This document shows positions 26,921 through 38,273 of a stretch of DNA of 64,000 nucleotides, piece by piece (position 1 is the first letter of the stretch; each line of letters opens with the position of its first letter). The position numbers and the translations under genes are program-made. Under the pieces are notes generated by a model that saw only the letters and a program-made list of their open reading frames with translations, searched no databases and was not told the DNA's origin. The DNA comes from a bacterium (lineage in GTDB: Bacteria > Patescibacteriota > Saccharimonadia > Saccharimonadales > AWTP1-31), in assembly GCA_030426125.1 (NCBI GenBank), contig JAUHZB010000002.1, positions 67,633-131,632 on the forward strand, in the 5' to 3' direction.

Positions 26921-28441
26921 TTACTTTTTTGACTTGGTACTGTCTTTTGGTGGTTTTTTGAGGCGATTAGGTATGAATCTTAATCGTCTCGCGCCAGTGG
27001 CGGCTTGGGCCGGTTCACTGGAATCATAGAAAAAATCTTCTTCGGTATACTGATCGTAGGTCGCCATTAGGGCCCGTGACTCTATTTGACGTAGTGTCTC
27101 CAGAGCAACAGATACTAAGATCAGGATACTGGTTCCACCAAGTGAAATATTGGTGGTTAAGAACTTTTGACCAAGTATCGGCATTAGGGCTAAGAGACCC
27201 AATGCGAGAGCCCCAAATAATGTTAGACGGTTAACTACCTTGCTTAGATACTTTTCGGTTTGTTTACCAACCCGGACGCCTTCAATGAAGCCACCTTGCT
27301 TTTGGAGGTTTTCAGCGATATCTTTGGAGTTAAATGCAATCGATGTATAGAAGAAAGTAAAGGCAAAGACTAGTAGAAAGTATACTGCTGGATAAACATA
27401 TGGCTCCCAGCCTGGTTGTTGGAAGGTCTCAGCTGTTGGGTTCTGGAAAAGTTGAACTAAGTTCTGCCCAATCTCTTGGACTCTAGGGTTGCTTGAGGCG
27501 GTCATAAGCTGTCCAGCAAAGCTAGGAACGCTTAAGAAAGCTACCGCGAAGATGATCGGGATTACACCAGCGGTAATCAGCTTAACGGGCAGTTTGGTAG
27601 TAACACCTCCATAGCTACGATTTCCTTGAACGCGCTTAGCATAGTTTACTGTTAAGTTACGTGAAGCTTCATTCAGCTTCACAACCAACACTGTAACCAG
27701 GGTTACTACGGCCACTATAATCGAGGTATATATTAGACCTTGAGTATCAATCGGTAGTTGTCTGCCGAGGACGTTTATCTTCTCATTATCGTTAATTATG
27801 CTACTAAGCAGGCTTCCAATGGTCCCAGGTAAACTACTTACAATTCCAACGGTAATGATTAAAGAGATACCGTTTCCAACGTTACGCTCTGTAATTAATT
27901 CACCAAGCCACATTAGAATCATCGAGCCGCCAGTTAGGGCGCAGATCATTAGTACCCATTGCATCAATGAAGTATTGGCGGTAATGTCACCAAGACCACC
28001 GATGCTAGAAGCTGACTGCCTTACCAGGTAGATAGCACCGATTGACTGCATGATGGCTAACGGTAGTGTTAAGAGCCTGGTGTACTGATTGATCTTCTTC
28101 CGACCGAACTCACCTTCTTTGTTTAGGGCTTCTAGTTTTGGAATAGCCTTGGTTAGAAGTTGCATTATGATCGAAGCATTAATGTAGGGGCCCAGTCCAA
28201 CTAGCATAATTGAGAAGTTAGCAAGTGCACCACCAGATAAAACATTAATAAAACTAAATAGTTCTGGGGTTTCACTGGAGGCGAAAACGTTATCTAGGAT
28301 TTGTTTTAGGGTAGCAGGATCAGCTAGAGGTACTGGAATGTGGGCAAAAATACGGAATACAAACAACATGCCTAGCACCGCTAACAAGCGATTGCGCATG
28401 TCTGAACTTTTCAGTGATGACCAAATTACTTTCCAACTCAT
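26921..28441 (-). CDS. secY: Preprotein translocase SecY
   Basis: [39 protein letters not shown]. Confidence 0.97.
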   Translation of the reverse strand: MSWKVIWSSLKSSDMRNRLLAVLGMLFVFRIFAHIPVPLADPATLKQILDNVFASSETPELFSFINVLSGGALANFSIMLVGLGPYINASIIMQLLTKAIPKLEALNKEGEFGRKKINQYTRLLTLPLAIMQSIGAIYLVRQSASSIGGLGDITANTSLMQWVLMICALTGGSMILMWLGELITERNVGNGISLIITVGIVSSLPGTIGSLLSSIINDNEKINVLGRQLPIDTQGLIYTSIIVAVVTLVTVLVVKLNEASRNLTVNYAKRVQGNRSYGGVTTKLPVKLITAGVIPIIFAVAFLSVPSFAGQLMTASSNPRVQEIGQNLVQLFQNPTAETFQQPGWEPYVYPAVYFLLVFAFTFFYTSIAFNSKDIAENLQKQGGFIEGVRVGKQTEKYLSKVVNRLTLFGALALGLLALMPILGQKFLTTNISLGGTSILILVSVALETLRQIESRALMATYDQYTEEDFFYDSSEPAQAATGARRLRFIPNRLKKPPKDSTKSKK

Positions 28442-28550
28442 TTTAGACTATTCTACATTAAATTTATGTTTGTAACTAGTTAGAAAATACATCAGTTTAC
28501 TAGTAACAACTTAAAGTTAACTACCCTCGCATAGATTACTTGTTAGATAA

Positions 28551-29015
28551 TTATTTTTTATCTGTTTTTTTCGGCTGACCGATTCTAGGTACAATTTCTA
28601 GACTTCCACCAGCTTTTTTTACAGCTTCAATAGCGCTTGCTGATGCACCTTGCAAACTTACAGTATGTTTTTTCTTAACTTCGCCATTACTAATTAGTTT
28701 TACGCTAACGTAAGGGCTACTAATTAATCCAGCTTGGTGTAATGTATGGTTATCTACCTTGATAGCTAGTTGATCAAGATCACCAGTTTTGACGGTTTCT
28801 GGTTTAGTTCTATGTGATTTAAAGCCCCGTAGTTTTGGGAAGCGCTGCATTAGTGGGTTTTGACCACCTTCAAAACCTGGTCGTAAGCTGAAACCAGTTC
28901 GAGCTTTTTGACCCTTGGTACCACGACCAGCAGTTTTACCTTGACCGGCTGAAATACCACGACCAACTCGGTTCTTGGATTTCTTAGATGTGATGTTTAA
29001 TTTGTTGTAACTCAT
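28551..29015 (-). CDS. rplO: 50S ribosomal protein uL15
   Basis: RVGRG, GRGTKGQKAR, GFEGGQNPL. Confidence 0.96.
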   Translation of the reverse strand: MSYNKLNITSKKSKNRVGRGISAGQGKTAGRGTKGQKARTGFSLRPGFEGGQNPLMQRFPKLRGFKSHRTKPETVKTGDLDQLAIKVDNHTLHQAGLISSPYVSVKLISNGEVKKKHTVSLQGASASAIEAVKKAGGSLEIVPRIGQPKKTDKK

Positions 29016-29587
29016 TATTTAGCCTCTTTTTTGGCTTTAGACTTTGTTGATTTAGCAGTAGCTGTTTCTGACTTCTTAGTTACCGGCTTGCTTGTCACCC
29101 AGTCTTTGGCTGGCACCATGCTGCTAAGTCCTTCGATGACTGCGTAAGCAGTGTTAGTCTTGTTGCTAGAACCTAGTGATTTACTAAGAGCGTTATGCAC
29201 ACCAGCAACTTCAAGGATTGTTCGGACTACACCACCAGCGATTAGACCAGTACCAGGGCTAGCTGGCTTAAGTAGAATGTTAGCACCCCCAACTTTGGTT
29301 AATGAATCGTGTGGCAGAGTGCCTTTGTATAGAGTTACGTTGATCATGTTTTTCTTAGCAACATCAACAGCCTTGGATACAGCGGTAGATACGTCAGCTC
29401 CTTTAGCTGAGCCAACACCTACACGGTTCTTTTTGTCGCCAACGACTACTAGTGCTCGGAATCTAAATCTTCGACCACCTTTAACTACTCGAGCAACACG
29501 ATCGATAGTTAGAACTCGTTCGTCGAATTGTTTTTCTTCTTGATCAATTTTACGGTTCATAGCTTTAGTATTTTGTGAATCTACCAT
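29015..29587 (-). CDS. rpsE: 30S ribosomal protein uS5
   Basis: RVARVVKGGRRFRF, PGTGLIAGG. Confidence 0.97.
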   Translation of the reverse strand: MVDSQNTKAMNRKIDQEEKQFDERVLTIDRVARVVKGGRRFRFRALVVVGDKKNRVGVGSAKGADVSTAVSKAVDVAKKNMINVTLYKGTLPHDSLTKVGGANILLKPASPGTGLIAGGVVRTILEVAGVHNALSKSLGSSNKTNTAYAVIEGLSSMVPAKDWVTSKPVTKKSETATAKSTKSKAKKEAK

Positions 29588-29941
29588 TTAGAACTCCAAT
29601 CCATTCTTACGAGCTGCTTCGGCCAAAGCTTTGATACGACCATGGTATTGTCGGCCATTGCGATCAAATACTACAGAACTTATCTTGGCTTTTTTAGCTT
29701 TCTTAGCAATTTCTTCACCAGCTAACGTAGCTAACTCAGTCATAGTAGCTTTTTGTTTGCTACCTACAGTAGTAGTTGCTGCCAGTGTGCGCTTAGCCTC
29801 ATCATCGATTAGCTGAACAGATACATGTCGGTTGCTAATGTATACAGACATGCGTGGACGATCAGCGGTACCAGAAATAGTAGACCGCACTCGGGCTTTA
29901 CGATGCTTTAGATTTAACTGTTTTTTCTTCAATCTATCCAT
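29588..29941 (-). CDS. rplR: 50S ribosomal protein uL18
   Basis: RPR, QLIDD, VVFDR..YHGR. Confidence 0.96.
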   Translation of the reverse strand: MDRLKKKQLNLKHRKARVRSTISGTADRPRMSVYISNRHVSVQLIDDEAKRTLAATTTVGSKQKATMTELATLAGEEIAKKAKKAKISSVVFDRNGRQYHGRIKALAEAARKNGLEF

Positions 29942-30480
29942 TATTTTTCCTTACCTGACTTACCAGATTTACGTAGGATTCTTTCACCGACGTACATAAT
30001 TCCCTTACCTTTATAAGGCTCTGGTTTTTTAATTGCCCTAATTTCGGCTGCAACTTGACCAACCTGTTGACGGTTAATTCCTGATACAGTGATTACTGTA
30101 CCCTGAATATCTACTTTAATTCCCTGAGGAACTGGGTAGTTAATAGCATGTGAATAACCAACGTTTAGCTTGAGGTCTGTTCCAGCTTGAGCTACTCGGT
30201 AACCAACACCTTTAATCTCTAATTGTTTAGAAAAGCCTTCAGATACTCCGACGACCATGTTGTTGATTAGAGCTCGCATTAGTCCATGCTTAGCACGCAC
30301 TTTCGGCATGTCATTTGCTCTAGTTACCGTCACGACGTTGTCTTCTTGAGATACTTTAATATCTTCTAGCTGTGGTTCAGATAGTGTACCTTTAGAGCCA
30401 GCCACTGTAATTAGATCATCAGTGATTGATACGGTTACTCCGGAAGGTATGGTTATTGGTGATTTTCCTACACGACTCAT
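29941..30480 (-). CDS. rplF: 50S ribosomal protein uL6
   Basis: MSRVGK, GVGYR, PEPYKGKGI. Confidence 0.97.
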   Translation of the reverse strand: MSRVGKSPITIPSGVTVSITDDLITVAGSKGTLSEPQLEDIKVSQEDNVVTVTRANDMPKVRAKHGLMRALINNMVVGVSEGFSKQLEIKGVGYRVAQAGTDLKLNVGYSHAINYPVPQGIKVDIQGTVITVSGINRQQVGQVAAEIRAIKKPEPYKGKGIMYVGERILRKSGKSGKEK

Positions 30481-30481
30481 C

Positions 30482-30883
30482 TTAAAATACCTTACATATT
30501 AATTCACCACCAACACCAGCCTTTTTAGCATCACTGCCGCTCATCATACCTTTTGAGGTAGAGATAATAACTAGACCGCGTCCACTTTTTACGGTTGGGA
30601 TATCTTTAGCAGCTACATAGTAGCGTCTACCGGGGGTGCTTAGGCGGCTGATCTGATTGATCTTGGCATTGCTATCTTCGTGATTGATTGTTAGGTGGAT
30701 AGTTTTACCAATACTGGCATCAGCAATAGTAACTTTGTCTAGGAAGTTGTTTTTAACAAGCAACTTGGCCACTGATTCTTTTACTTTGCTGTGGGGTAGT
30801 ACTACATCAGTCTTCCGTACGGCAATAGCATTACGGATTCTGGTTAGCATATCTGAAATTGGATCGGTTGATGTCATTGTCAT
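30482..30883 (-). CDS. rpsH: 30S ribosomal protein uS8
   Basis: DPISDMLTRIRNA, STSKG, GGE. Confidence 0.97.
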   Translation of the reverse strand: MTMTSTDPISDMLTRIRNAIAVRKTDVVLPHSKVKESVAKLLVKNNFLDKVTIADASIGKTIHLTINHEDSNAKINQISRLSTPGRRYYVAAKDIPTVKSGRGLVIISTSKGMMSGSDAKKAGVGGELICKVF

Positions 30884-31152
30884 TACCAGCTCGCTTTCGT
30901 TACGCCAGGGATTTCACCCTTTGAGGCGTGTTCTCTAAATGCTATACGGGAAAGACCAAAAGTCCGCATGTAGGCGTGTGGTCGACCGGTTTCCACGCAA
31001 CGGTTTTTTAATCTAGTCGGTGAAGAATTCTTTGGCAGTAAGTGTAGACCTTCAAAGTCGCCTAGCTTTTTAAGCTCGGCTCGCTTGGCAGCATACTTGG
31101 CGTGCATTTTTGCTCGTTTTTTATCTCGGGCGATATTCGATTTTCTAGCCAT
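30883..31152 (-). CDS. rpsN: 30S ribosomal protein uS14 (89-aa zinc-free type)
   Basis: NRCVETGRP...[10 protein letters not shown]...PGVTKASW. Confidence 0.96.
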   Translation of the reverse strand: MARKSNIARDKKRAKMHAKYAAKRAELKKLGDFEGLHLLPKNSSPTRLKNRCVETGRPHAYMRTFGLSRIAFREHASKGEIPGVTKASW

Positions 31153-31718
31153 TACTTATTCTCCTTCTTTTTCTCAAACGGCATTCCTAGTTTTTCTAGT
31201 AGTGCTTTAGATTGCTCCGGGTTATTCGCTTTAATAACGAACACAGCTTGCAATCCGTGGGCGGTGGTTGTTTCTTCGTAAGATAATTCTGGGAAGACAG
31301 ATTGATCAGTGAAGCCAATACTATAGTTACCAGACTTGTCGAAAGCACTGTTCTTTACACCATGGAAGTCACGCAAACGAGGTATGACGATGTTTATTAA
31401 GCGATCAGCAAATTCATACATTCGGTTACCTCTAAGAGTAACTTTTAGTCCAATCTTATTACCTTCACGTAGCTTAAAACCAGCAATAGAGTTTTTAGCT
31501 AAGGTATCGACTGGTTGTTGAGCAGTGATCTTGCGTAGCGTGTTGTTAGCGACTTCTAGCATTTTCTTATCGTCTTTAGATCGACCTAGTCCAATGTTGA
31601 CGACGATCTTGTCTAGTTTTGGAACTTGGTTGATATTATCTAGCTTAAGTTCTTCCTTCAATTCTTTTCTATAGGTCTTTTGGTAGAGATCTTTTAGACG
31701 TGCAGTATATTCAGCCAT
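31152..31718 (-). CDS. rplE: 50S ribosomal protein uL5
   Basis: [25 protein letters not shown]. Confidence 0.97.
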   Translation of the reverse strand: MAEYTARLKDLYQKTYRKELKEELKLDNINQVPKLDKIVVNIGLGRSKDDKKMLEVANNTLRKITAQQPVDTLAKNSIAGFKLREGNKIGLKVTLRGNRMYEFADRLINIVIPRLRDFHGVKNSAFDKSGNYSIGFTDQSVFPELSYEETTTAHGLQAVFVIKANNPEQSKALLEKLGMPFEKKKENK

Positions 31719-32083
31719 TACTTGATCTCCTTTCCGCTAGACTTATAGACTCTAACTTTTTCGTTTTTAGCATTGAACTTGTAGCCAATTCGAGTTGGTT
31801 TTTTGGTGCTCGGATCAACAATACCAACTTTAGAAACATCAATCGGTTTAGTGATTGAAATGATTCCACCTTGTGGGTTCTGTCGATTAGGCTTGATATG
31901 TTTCTTGACGATATTTAGGCCTTCAACAGTAACTTTGTTTAGGCTTGGGTGAGTGGCCGAAATTTTGCCAGTCTTACCTTTATTCTTCCCAGATAGTAGC
32001 ATTACTAGGTCGCCTTTTTTAAGACGAATTTTCACTACGTTCTTAGGTTTTGCGTGATCTTTAATGCTCATAGGTTTACTCAT
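31718..32083 (-). CDS. rplX: 50S ribosomal protein uL24
   Basis: KKGD.V...GK.KGK.G, VEGLN, GGII. Confidence 0.95.
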   Translation of the reverse strand: MSKPMSIKDHAKPKNVVKIRLKKGDLVMLLSGKNKGKTGKISATHPSLNKVTVEGLNIVKKHIKPNRQNPQGGIISITKPIDVSKVGIVDPSTKKPTRIGYKFNAKNEKVRVYKSSGKEIK

Positions 32084-32451
32084 TATAGGACCTCCGGTGC
32101 AAGTGAAATAATCTTAGCAAAACCAAGTTCTCGAAGTTCTCTAGGTACTGGTCCGAAGATACGAGTAGCTCGAGGTAATTTATCGTCGCCAATAACTACA
32201 GCAGCGTTGTCATCAAACTTGATAGTTGATCCATCTTTGCGCTTAATTACATTTTTCGTTCTAACAACTACAGCTCGAACAACGGTCTTTTTCTTAACTG
32301 TTCCGTTAGGGGCTGCTTCTTTTACGGTAGCAACGATAGTGTCACCGACTCTAGCGTATCGCTTGCGAGTACCACCAAGCACACGTATGCAAAGAAGTTC
32401 CTTCGCACCGCTGTTGTCACAGACTCCTAATCTTGATTCTTGCTGTATCAT
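32083..32451 (-). CDS. rplN: 50S ribosomal protein uL14
   Basis: [25 protein letters not shown]. Confidence 0.97.
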   Translation of the reverse strand: MIQQESRLGVCDNSGAKELLCIRVLGGTRKRYARVGDTIVATVKEAAPNGTVKKKTVVRAVVVRTKNVIKRKDGSTIKFDDNAAVVIGDDKLPRATRIFGPVPRELRELGFAKIISLAPEVL

Positions 32452-32759
32452 TACTTATCTTCCTCTAATATTTCTTCAGCTTCTGGGCTGATAGCTTCAA
32501 CGCTGTTATTCTGAGATATCTTAGCTTTGCTTACAATTTTGTTTAGTTTGTGTCGTTTACGAGCACTAAGTGGAATTGTCTCTTCAATTATTACGCTGTC
32601 GCCAACTTTTGCTTTGTTGTCTTCATCGTGAGCCATGAACTTCTTGTTAGTCGCATAGGCTTTTTTGTATAGTGGGTGGGTTTTATGAGTAGCAACAGAG
32701 ACCACGATAGTCTTATCGGTGATATCGGAAACTACAACTCCTGTTAGGGTCTTAGCCAT
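32451..32759 (-). CDS. rpsQ: 30S ribosomal protein uS17
   Basis: GVVVSD..DKTIVV, HPLYKK, AHDE. Confidence 0.95.
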   Translation of the reverse strand: MAKTLTGVVVSDITDKTIVVSVATHKTHPLYKKAYATNKKFMAHDEDNKAKVGDSVIIEETIPLSARKRHKLNKIVSKAKISQNNSVEAISPEAEEILEEDK

Positions 32760-32959
32760 TATTCGGTCTCCTTGTAAATCTGTTCGCCAAGTACGGTCAG
32801 TATTCTGGCAAGATCTTTTCGCTTATTTCTTATCTGTCGAACGTTTGTTGTTTCGCCCATATGAACGCGTCGTTTTAGCTCAGCTATTTCTTCGCGTAGT
32901 TTAACGGACTCAACAGTTAACTTCTCGGTAGATAGTTTTCGAATTTCTAACATCTGCAT
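32759..32959 (-). CDS. rpmC: 50S ribosomal protein uL29
   Basis: Position; RKDLARILTV. Confidence 0.92.
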   Translation of the reverse strand: MQMLEIRKLSTEKLTVESVKLREEIAELKRRVHMGETTNVRQIRNKRKDLARILTVLGEQIYKETE

Positions 32960-32960
32960 A

Positions 32961-33374
32961 CTACACCTCGTCCTTAACTAAGAATTTAGTTTTCACTGGT
33001 AGTTTATGACTAGCTAGTCGCATTGCTTCTCTAGCAATAACTTCATCAACGCCTTGCATTTCAAATAGGATAGTTCCAGGACGGACTTTGGCTACGAAGA
33101 ATTCTGGGTTACCTTTTCCACTTCCCATTTTTACGTCTTGTGGTTTACGTGAAACTGGGATATGGGGGAAGATTCGAATCCAGATTTTACCACCACGCTT
33201 AATATAGCGGGTCATGGCTTGACGAGCAGCTTCGATTTGCCGAGAAGTGATACGTTCTGAGCCTAGGCTTTGCAGGGCGTAATCACCAAAAGCAATATAG
33301 TTACCACTAGTAGCGACACCGGTAATTCTACCTTTCATAGCTTTTCGGAATTTTTGTCGTTTAGGCATTAACAT
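32961..33374 (-). CDS. rplP: 50S ribosomal protein uL16
   Basis: QIEAAR, WIRIFP, MGSGKG. Confidence 0.97.
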   Translation of the reverse strand: MLMPKRQKFRKAMKGRITGVATSGNYIAFGDYALQSLGSERITSRQIEAARQAMTRYIKRGGKIWIRIFPHIPVSRKPQDVKMGSGKGNPEFFVAKVRPGTILFEMQGVDEVIAREAMRLASHKLPVKTKFLVKDEV

Positions 33375-33375
33375 A

Positions 33376-34005
33376 TTAACTTACCTCACCTTTGTAAATC
33401 CAAACCTTAACACCAATAATTCCTTTAGCTGTGTTAGCTGGAACACTAGCAAAGTCAATGTCAGCACGGATAGTGTGTAGCGGTACGCTGCCTTGGATTT
33501 CTTTTTCTCGTCTGGACATGTCGGCACCGTTTAAGCGTCCAGCAACTTCAATTCGGATTCCTTTTGCACCAGCCCGCATTGTGGCTGCAGCAGTAGATTT
33601 AACAGCTCGACGGAATGAAATTCGTCTTTCGATTTGGTGAGCGATATTTTCGGCTACTAGCTTCGCGTGCAATTCTGGTTTCTTAACTTCTTCGATGTTA
33701 ACTCGGGTTTGAGATTTGTAGATATTCTCGATTGCTGCTTTAAGCTCTTGGGCTCCTGTACCACCACGTCCTATAACAACACCAGCTTTGGCGGTATAGA
33801 TAGTTACAGTCACCATATTAGGAGATCGTTCAATATCTACTTTATTAATAGCAGCACGACTACCAAGTTTGTTTTTGATGAGCTTACGAACCTCTAGATC
33901 TTTAGCTAGATAGTCAGCGTATTCGCGTTTTCCAACAAACCATTTACTGCGCCAATCTTTATTGACCTGAAGTCGCATGCTGATAGGATTAACTTTTTGT
34001 CCCAT
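33376..34005 (-). CDS. rpsC: 30S ribosomal protein uS3
   Basis: [29 protein letters not shown]. Confidence 0.97.
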   Translation of the reverse strand: MGQKVNPISMRLQVNKDWRSKWFVGKREYADYLAKDLEVRKLIKNKLGSRAAINKVDIERSPNMVTVTIYTAKAGVVIGRGGTGAQELKAAIENIYKSQTRVNIEEVKKPELHAKLVAENIAHQIERRISFRRAVKSTAAATMRAGAKGIRIEVAGRLNGADMSRREKEIQGSVPLHTIRADIDFASVPANTAKGIIGVKVWIYKGEVS

Positions 34006-34406
34006 TACTTCTTCCCTTTCTGCGGCTTACTTGTTTTGGCATCAACAGTCTTCTTAGTGCTTTTTGGTTTACGAACTTCACCGTCGACTATTACTCGGAT
34101 ATGGCTACTGCGCTTGATGTATGAAGCAGCTGAACCTCTAGCTTGTGGTCGGAAACGCTTTAGACGCATTCCTGGTGTAATGCTGATTTCAGTGATAACT
34201 AAGCTATCTGGTTTGTAGTTGTGGTTGTGGTCGGCGTTAGCCTTAGCACTCTCAATTGCTTTGCGAACAGGAATAGCCGATGCGCGAGGAGTGTGCTCTA
34301 GGATTACTAGGGCATCAGCTACAGTTCGCCCACGCACTAGACTAGCTACCTCACCTACTTTGCGAGGGCTAATGGAGACGTTTTTAGCGATTGATTTAAC
34401 ACTCAT
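34005..34406 (-). CDS. rplV: 50S ribosomal protein uL22
   Basis: SPRK, SAKANA, PQARG, SHI. Confidence 0.96.
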   Translation of the reverse strand: MSVKSIAKNVSISPRKVGEVASLVRGRTVADALVILEHTPRASAIPVRKAIESAKANADHNHNYKPDSLVITEISITPGMRLKRFRPQARGSAASYIKRSSHIRVIVDGEVRKPKSTKKTVDAKTSKPQKGKK

Positions 34407-34681
34407 TATTTCTGTCCTTTAGCTAGTTTACCGCCGTGGCTTCGGAATTTACGGGTTGGAGAAAATTCACCAAGCTTATGGCCAACCATGTTTTCAGTAA
34501 TAAATACTGGAACGTGTACTTTACCATTGTGAACGGCAATTGTTCGGCCAACGAATTCAGGGGCAATAGTTGACGATCGAGCCCAGGTTTTGATTATGGT
34601 ACGGTCTTCAGCACCTAGAGCACTAACCTTCTTGGCTAGTTTAGGGTCGATAAATGGTCCTTTTTTCAGTGATCTACTCAT
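34406..34681 (-). CDS. rpsS: 30S ribosomal protein uS19
   Basis: [17 protein letters not shown]. Confidence 0.97.
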   Translation of the reverse strand: MSRSLKKGPFIDPKLAKKVSALGAEDRTIIKTWARSSTIAPEFVGRTIAVHNGKVHVPVFITENMVGHKLGEFSPTRKFRSHGGKLAKGQK

Positions 34682-34691
34682 AGTCTATTCC

Positions 34692-35528
34692 TTATTTTCT
34701 CTTGGCCTGATGACGGCTTCTAATTATATTCTTATTAGTACTCTTACGACGTCTGGTCTTGTAGCCAAGTGTCTTTTGACCCCATGGTGTGCGTGGCGCT
34801 TTAGCCATACGGTGTCTACCACCATCACCACCACCGTGTGGGTGATCAACAGCATTCATAACTACACCACGAACGCCCGGTCGTTTACCTTTAAGACGAT
34901 TTCGTCCAGCTTTACCAACTTTGATGTTCTGGTGTTGTTCGTTGCCGACACGTCCCAGACTGGCGCTACATTCTAGAAGTACGATACGTACTTCACCACT
35001 TGGCATTCTAATTTGAGCATGGCCGTCTTCTTTAGCCATTAGCTGAGCGCTAGTTCCGGCTGATCGTACCATTTGAGCACCTCTACCTGGTGTTAGTTCG
35101 ATTCCGTGAATAAGGCTACCAACTGGTATGTTCTTTAGAGCTAGACGGTTTCCAGTTTCAATAGCAGCTTCTTCTCCAGAAGAAATTTTTTGGCCAACCT
35201 TCATTCCTTTAGCGGCTAGAATGTAGTGGTAGGTACCGTTAGATTCTTTAATTCTAGCAATCCGAGCTGAACGGTTAGGGTCGTACTCAATAGCTTCAAT
35301 TGTGGCTTGGCTTCCAGGAGCAAGCTTGAAGTTCATAAGTCGGTAGAATTGTTTTACTCCACCACCTTGGTGACGAGTAGTAATTCGGCCTTGGTTGTTG
35401 CGTCCCGCATTCTTAGACTTTTTAACTAGCAAAGACTTGATCGGCTTCTTAGCGGTAATTTCACTCATGTCCTGACTAGACATGCCACGACGGCCTGGTG
35501 TAGTTGGTCGGTATAGTTCAATAGCCAT
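34692..35528 (-). CDS. rplB: 50S ribosomal protein uL2
   Basis: GRNNQGRIT, EYDPNRSA, MNAVDHPHGGG. Confidence 0.97.
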   Translation of the reverse strand: MAIELYRPTTPGRRGMSSQDMSEITAKKPIKSLLVKKSKNAGRNNQGRITTRHQGGGVKQFYRLMNFKLAPGSQATIEAIEYDPNRSARIARIKESNGTYHYILAAKGMKVGQKISSGEEAAIETGNRLALKNIPVGSLIHGIELTPGRGAQMVRSAGTSAQLMAKEDGHAQIRMPSGEVRIVLLECSASLGRVGNEQHQNIKVGKAGRNRLKGKRPGVRGVVMNAVDHPHGGGDGGRHRMAKAPRTPWGQKTLGYKTRRRKSTNKNIIRSRHQAKRK

Positions 35529-35884
35529 TATTTAGTCTCCGCCTTTTCTGACTTTTTGGTCTTAGCTTTCTTCTTATTGCTGTTTTCTTCTTCAGATTCA
35601 AAGATGGTGATGCTATCGCCAGCTTTTAGGGTGACGTAAGCTTTCTTAATGTCAGCTCGGTTGACTTTGATTGGTCGAGCTCGTCGGTGACGACTACTGA
35701 CAGCTTTACCACTCTGAATCACGGTGCGAACTTTAGTAACGCTAACATCAAACTGAGCTTCTACAGCCTTCTTAATAGTCATCTTATTAGCATCAACCGG
35801 CACTACAAATACGTAAACATTGCTAGTAGTACTTTGTTGGTAAGCTTTTTCGCTCATTCGAGGCTTAAGGATAAGATCTTTCAT
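35528..35884 (-). CDS. rplW: 50S ribosomal protein uL23
   Basis: SEKA, YVFVV, KKAYVTL. Confidence 0.95.
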   Translation of the reverse strand: MKDLILKPRMSEKAYQQSTTSNVYVFVVPVDANKMTIKKAVEAQFDVSVTKVRTVIQSGKAVSSRHRRARPIKVNRADIKKAYVTLKAGDSITIFESEEENSNKKKAKTKKSEKAETK

Positions 35885-36597
35885 TATTTTGCCTCTCCTT
35901 TAGCGGTATCTTTAGCGGTATTAGTAGCAGTAGCTTTCTTGGCTGGTGCTGGTTTATCGCTGTTACTTGGATTTAGCCAGCTAGAAATTGTATCTAGGGC
36001 CTTTTTCTCGATAATGATGTTATAGGCATTAACTACGTCAAAGACGTTTAGGTAATTTGGTTGAACAACTTTAACTTCACTTAGGTTTGCACTAGCTCGA
36101 CTTATTTTTTGATCAATGTCAGCTACAACAAGTAGGGTCTGTCGTTTAGCGCCAAGTTTGTTTAGTAGTTTTGCTAGCTCGTTAGTTTTAGCTTCTTTTA
36201 GGCTAATAGAGTCAATAACAGATACTTGTTTTTGGTTAGCAGCAAGGCTCAGAGCTTGTCGAATAGCTTGTCGCTTAGCTTTAACATGCATTTTCTTAGA
36301 GTAGTTTTCTTGGCCAGTTGGACCGAAAGTGATACCACCACCTCGCCATAATGGAACCCGGATAGAACCGAAACGGGCTCGGCCGGTGCCTTTTTGACGC
36401 CATGGTTTTTTACCACCACCACGAACTAGTCCTCTAGTCTTAGTCACAGCTAGATTCTCTCGGCCGTTAGCTAGGTACATAGTGTAGGCCTGCTTGATAA
36501 GCTCATGATTGTCCACATCTAGGCCAAACACAGCCTTATCTAGAGTGGTGTTAGTGCTAGCCTTAGTTCCAGATTTGGTATAAGTTAAAGCATTCAT
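35884..36597 (-). CDS. rplD: 50S ribosomal protein uL4
   Basis: KPWRQKGTGRAR, GGGITFGP. Confidence 0.96.
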   Translation of the reverse strand: MNALTYTKSGTKASTNTTLDKAVFGLDVDNHELIKQAYTMYLANGRENLAVTKTRGLVRGGGKKPWRQKGTGRARFGSIRVPLWRGGGITFGPTGQENYSKKMHVKAKRQAIRQALSLAANQKQVSVIDSISLKEAKTNELAKLLNKLGAKRQTLLVVADIDQKISRASANLSEVKVVQPNYLNVFDVVNAYNIIIEKKALDTISSWLNPSNSDKPAPAKKATATNTAKDTAKGEAK

Positions 36598-37232
36598 TAT
36601 TTATTACCCCCAGATTTGCTGGATATAGCTCGAACTAAGACTAGGCTTTTTCGAGGACCAGGCACTGCACCCTTAACACCAATAATGTTATTCTCAGTGT
36701 CAACTAAGGCAATTTCTTGGTTTAGGACGCTAACTTTAGCGTTGCCCATACGTCCAGCCATCTTCTTACCTTTAAAGATGTGCTGTGGGTACATAGATCC
36801 AATAGATCCTGGTTGACGAGTATTTCCTTTACCACCGTGGGTTTTTCTTTGGCGGTGGAAGTTGTGACGCTTAATTGTACCTGCGAAACCTTTACCTTTG
36901 GAAGTTCCCTGGACGTTGACTTTGTCGCCAATTGAAAAGACCTCTGCGGTCAGTTCAGATCCGACGCTGAGGTCTTCTTCTTTATCTTCTAGTCTAAATT
37001 CACGAATCACTTTGCTACTGGCTTTAGAAGGCTTTAGATGTCCTAGAAGGCTTTTATTGTTCTTGTTTGCCACTTCAGTACCAACTTGAATTGCGTTATA
37101 GCCATCTATTTCAGTGGTCTTTACTTGAGTTACAGTGTTTGGTTGAGCTGAAAGTAGGGTAACAGGACAGATAGCACCATCTTCCATTATGATGCTGGTC
37201 ATTCCAATTTTGCGGGTAACTAGTGCTTTCAT
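36597..37232 (-). CDS. rplC: 50S ribosomal protein uL3
   Basis: KIGMT, SKGKGFAG, KGAVPG. Confidence 0.97.
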   Translation of the reverse strand: MKALVTRKIGMTSIIMEDGAICPVTLLSAQPNTVTQVKTTEIDGYNAIQVGTEVANKNNKSLLGHLKPSKASSKVIREFRLEDKEEDLSVGSELTAEVFSIGDKVNVQGTSKGKGFAGTIKRHNFHRQRKTHGGKGNTRQPGSIGSMYPQHIFKGKKMAGRMGNAKVSVLNQEIALVDTENNIIGVKGAVPGPRKSLVLVRAISSKSGGNK

Positions 37233-37480
37233 CTATCCTCTTGTTTTACTTTTTATCTCTAGGCTCTAGAAATAAAAACATTTGGCCGTAAATGGTTTTC
37301 ATCTGTTATAGCAAGCATTACTGGATATTAACTACCCTTTTACTTAACTGATGAACCTACTTACCAACCAATTTATTATTGATACCAATAAAGAGTAACA
37401 TTTATAAGCTACATCTGTCAATATGTTGCAAAAACCACACCATATTTTCATTCTTCTCTGTTATGCGTTTTGGGCCATTT

Positions 37481-37795
37481 CTAGATCACGACAGTTAGTC
37501 CAGCCGGTAAAAAATAGCCTATAAACATCGATACTAGTATGACTGCGTACTCTATTTTACGGTCAATTTTTAAGCGGTCATGGGTGGCAAGCAAGATAGC
37601 AGCTATCGCTCCCAGCGGTAATGATATTGTCGGTTTACCAGCTTGGTTCACGAAATGAACCCACTGACTACCTAGTATTAGATATACAGTTAATTTAAGT
37701 ATGTATATAGAATCTAGTGATTTGTTACTAGAACTAGATCTAGTAATTGGTTTGTTTACTGATTTCTTTTTTGTAGCTTTTTTATTTTTAGGCAT
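37481..37795 (-). CDS. Small membrane protein inserted between rpsJ and rplC
   Basis: Basic N-terminus, about three hydrophobic segments, IDRKIEYA motif. Confidence 0.7.
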   Translation of the reverse strand: MPKNKKATKKKSVNKPITRSSSSNKSLDSIYILKLTVYLILGSQWVHFVNQAGKPTISLPLGAIAAILLATHDRLKIDRKIEYAVILVSMFIGYFLPAGLTVVI

Positions 37796-37823
37796 TAGCT
37801 ATAAGTATACACTATAGCAATAA

Positions 37824-38156
37824 TTACATCTTAATTTCAGCGTCACAACCGGCTGGTAAGCTGATATTCATAAGACTATCAATTGTCTTTGGTGTCGGAT
37901 CTAGAACGTCAATTAGACGTTTGTGAACCCGCATTTCAAACTGTTCACGACCTTTCTTATACACATGTGGGCTTTTTACGACTGTATAAGTAGTTTTCCT
38001 TGTAGGAAGCGGGATTGGACCAGCTATTACGGCACCGTTTCTAAGAGCGGTATCGACTATTTGTTTAGCAGCCTGATCTATCACTTTGTGATCATAGGCT
38101 TTTAGGCGGATACGAATCCGCTGTTTTGAATTTGAATCTTTTTTGGCTTCAGCCAT
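37824..38156 (-). CDS. rpsJ: 30S ribosomal protein uS10
   Basis: [31 protein letters not shown]. Confidence 0.97.
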   Translation of the reverse strand: MAEAKKDSNSKQRIRIRLKAYDHKVIDQAAKQIVDTALRNGAVIAGPIPLPTRKTTYTVVKSPHVYKKGREQFEMRVHKRLIDVLDPTPKTIDSLMNISLPAGCDAEIKM

Positions 38157-38273
38157 TTCTTCTCCTTGTAATGTAACATCCCTAGAAAGCTATATGAGCG
38201 AAACTAGTGACTTTTAGTCATTACGATTAATTTACAGAGGATATAGTAACCTACTATCAGGGATTTGTCTACA

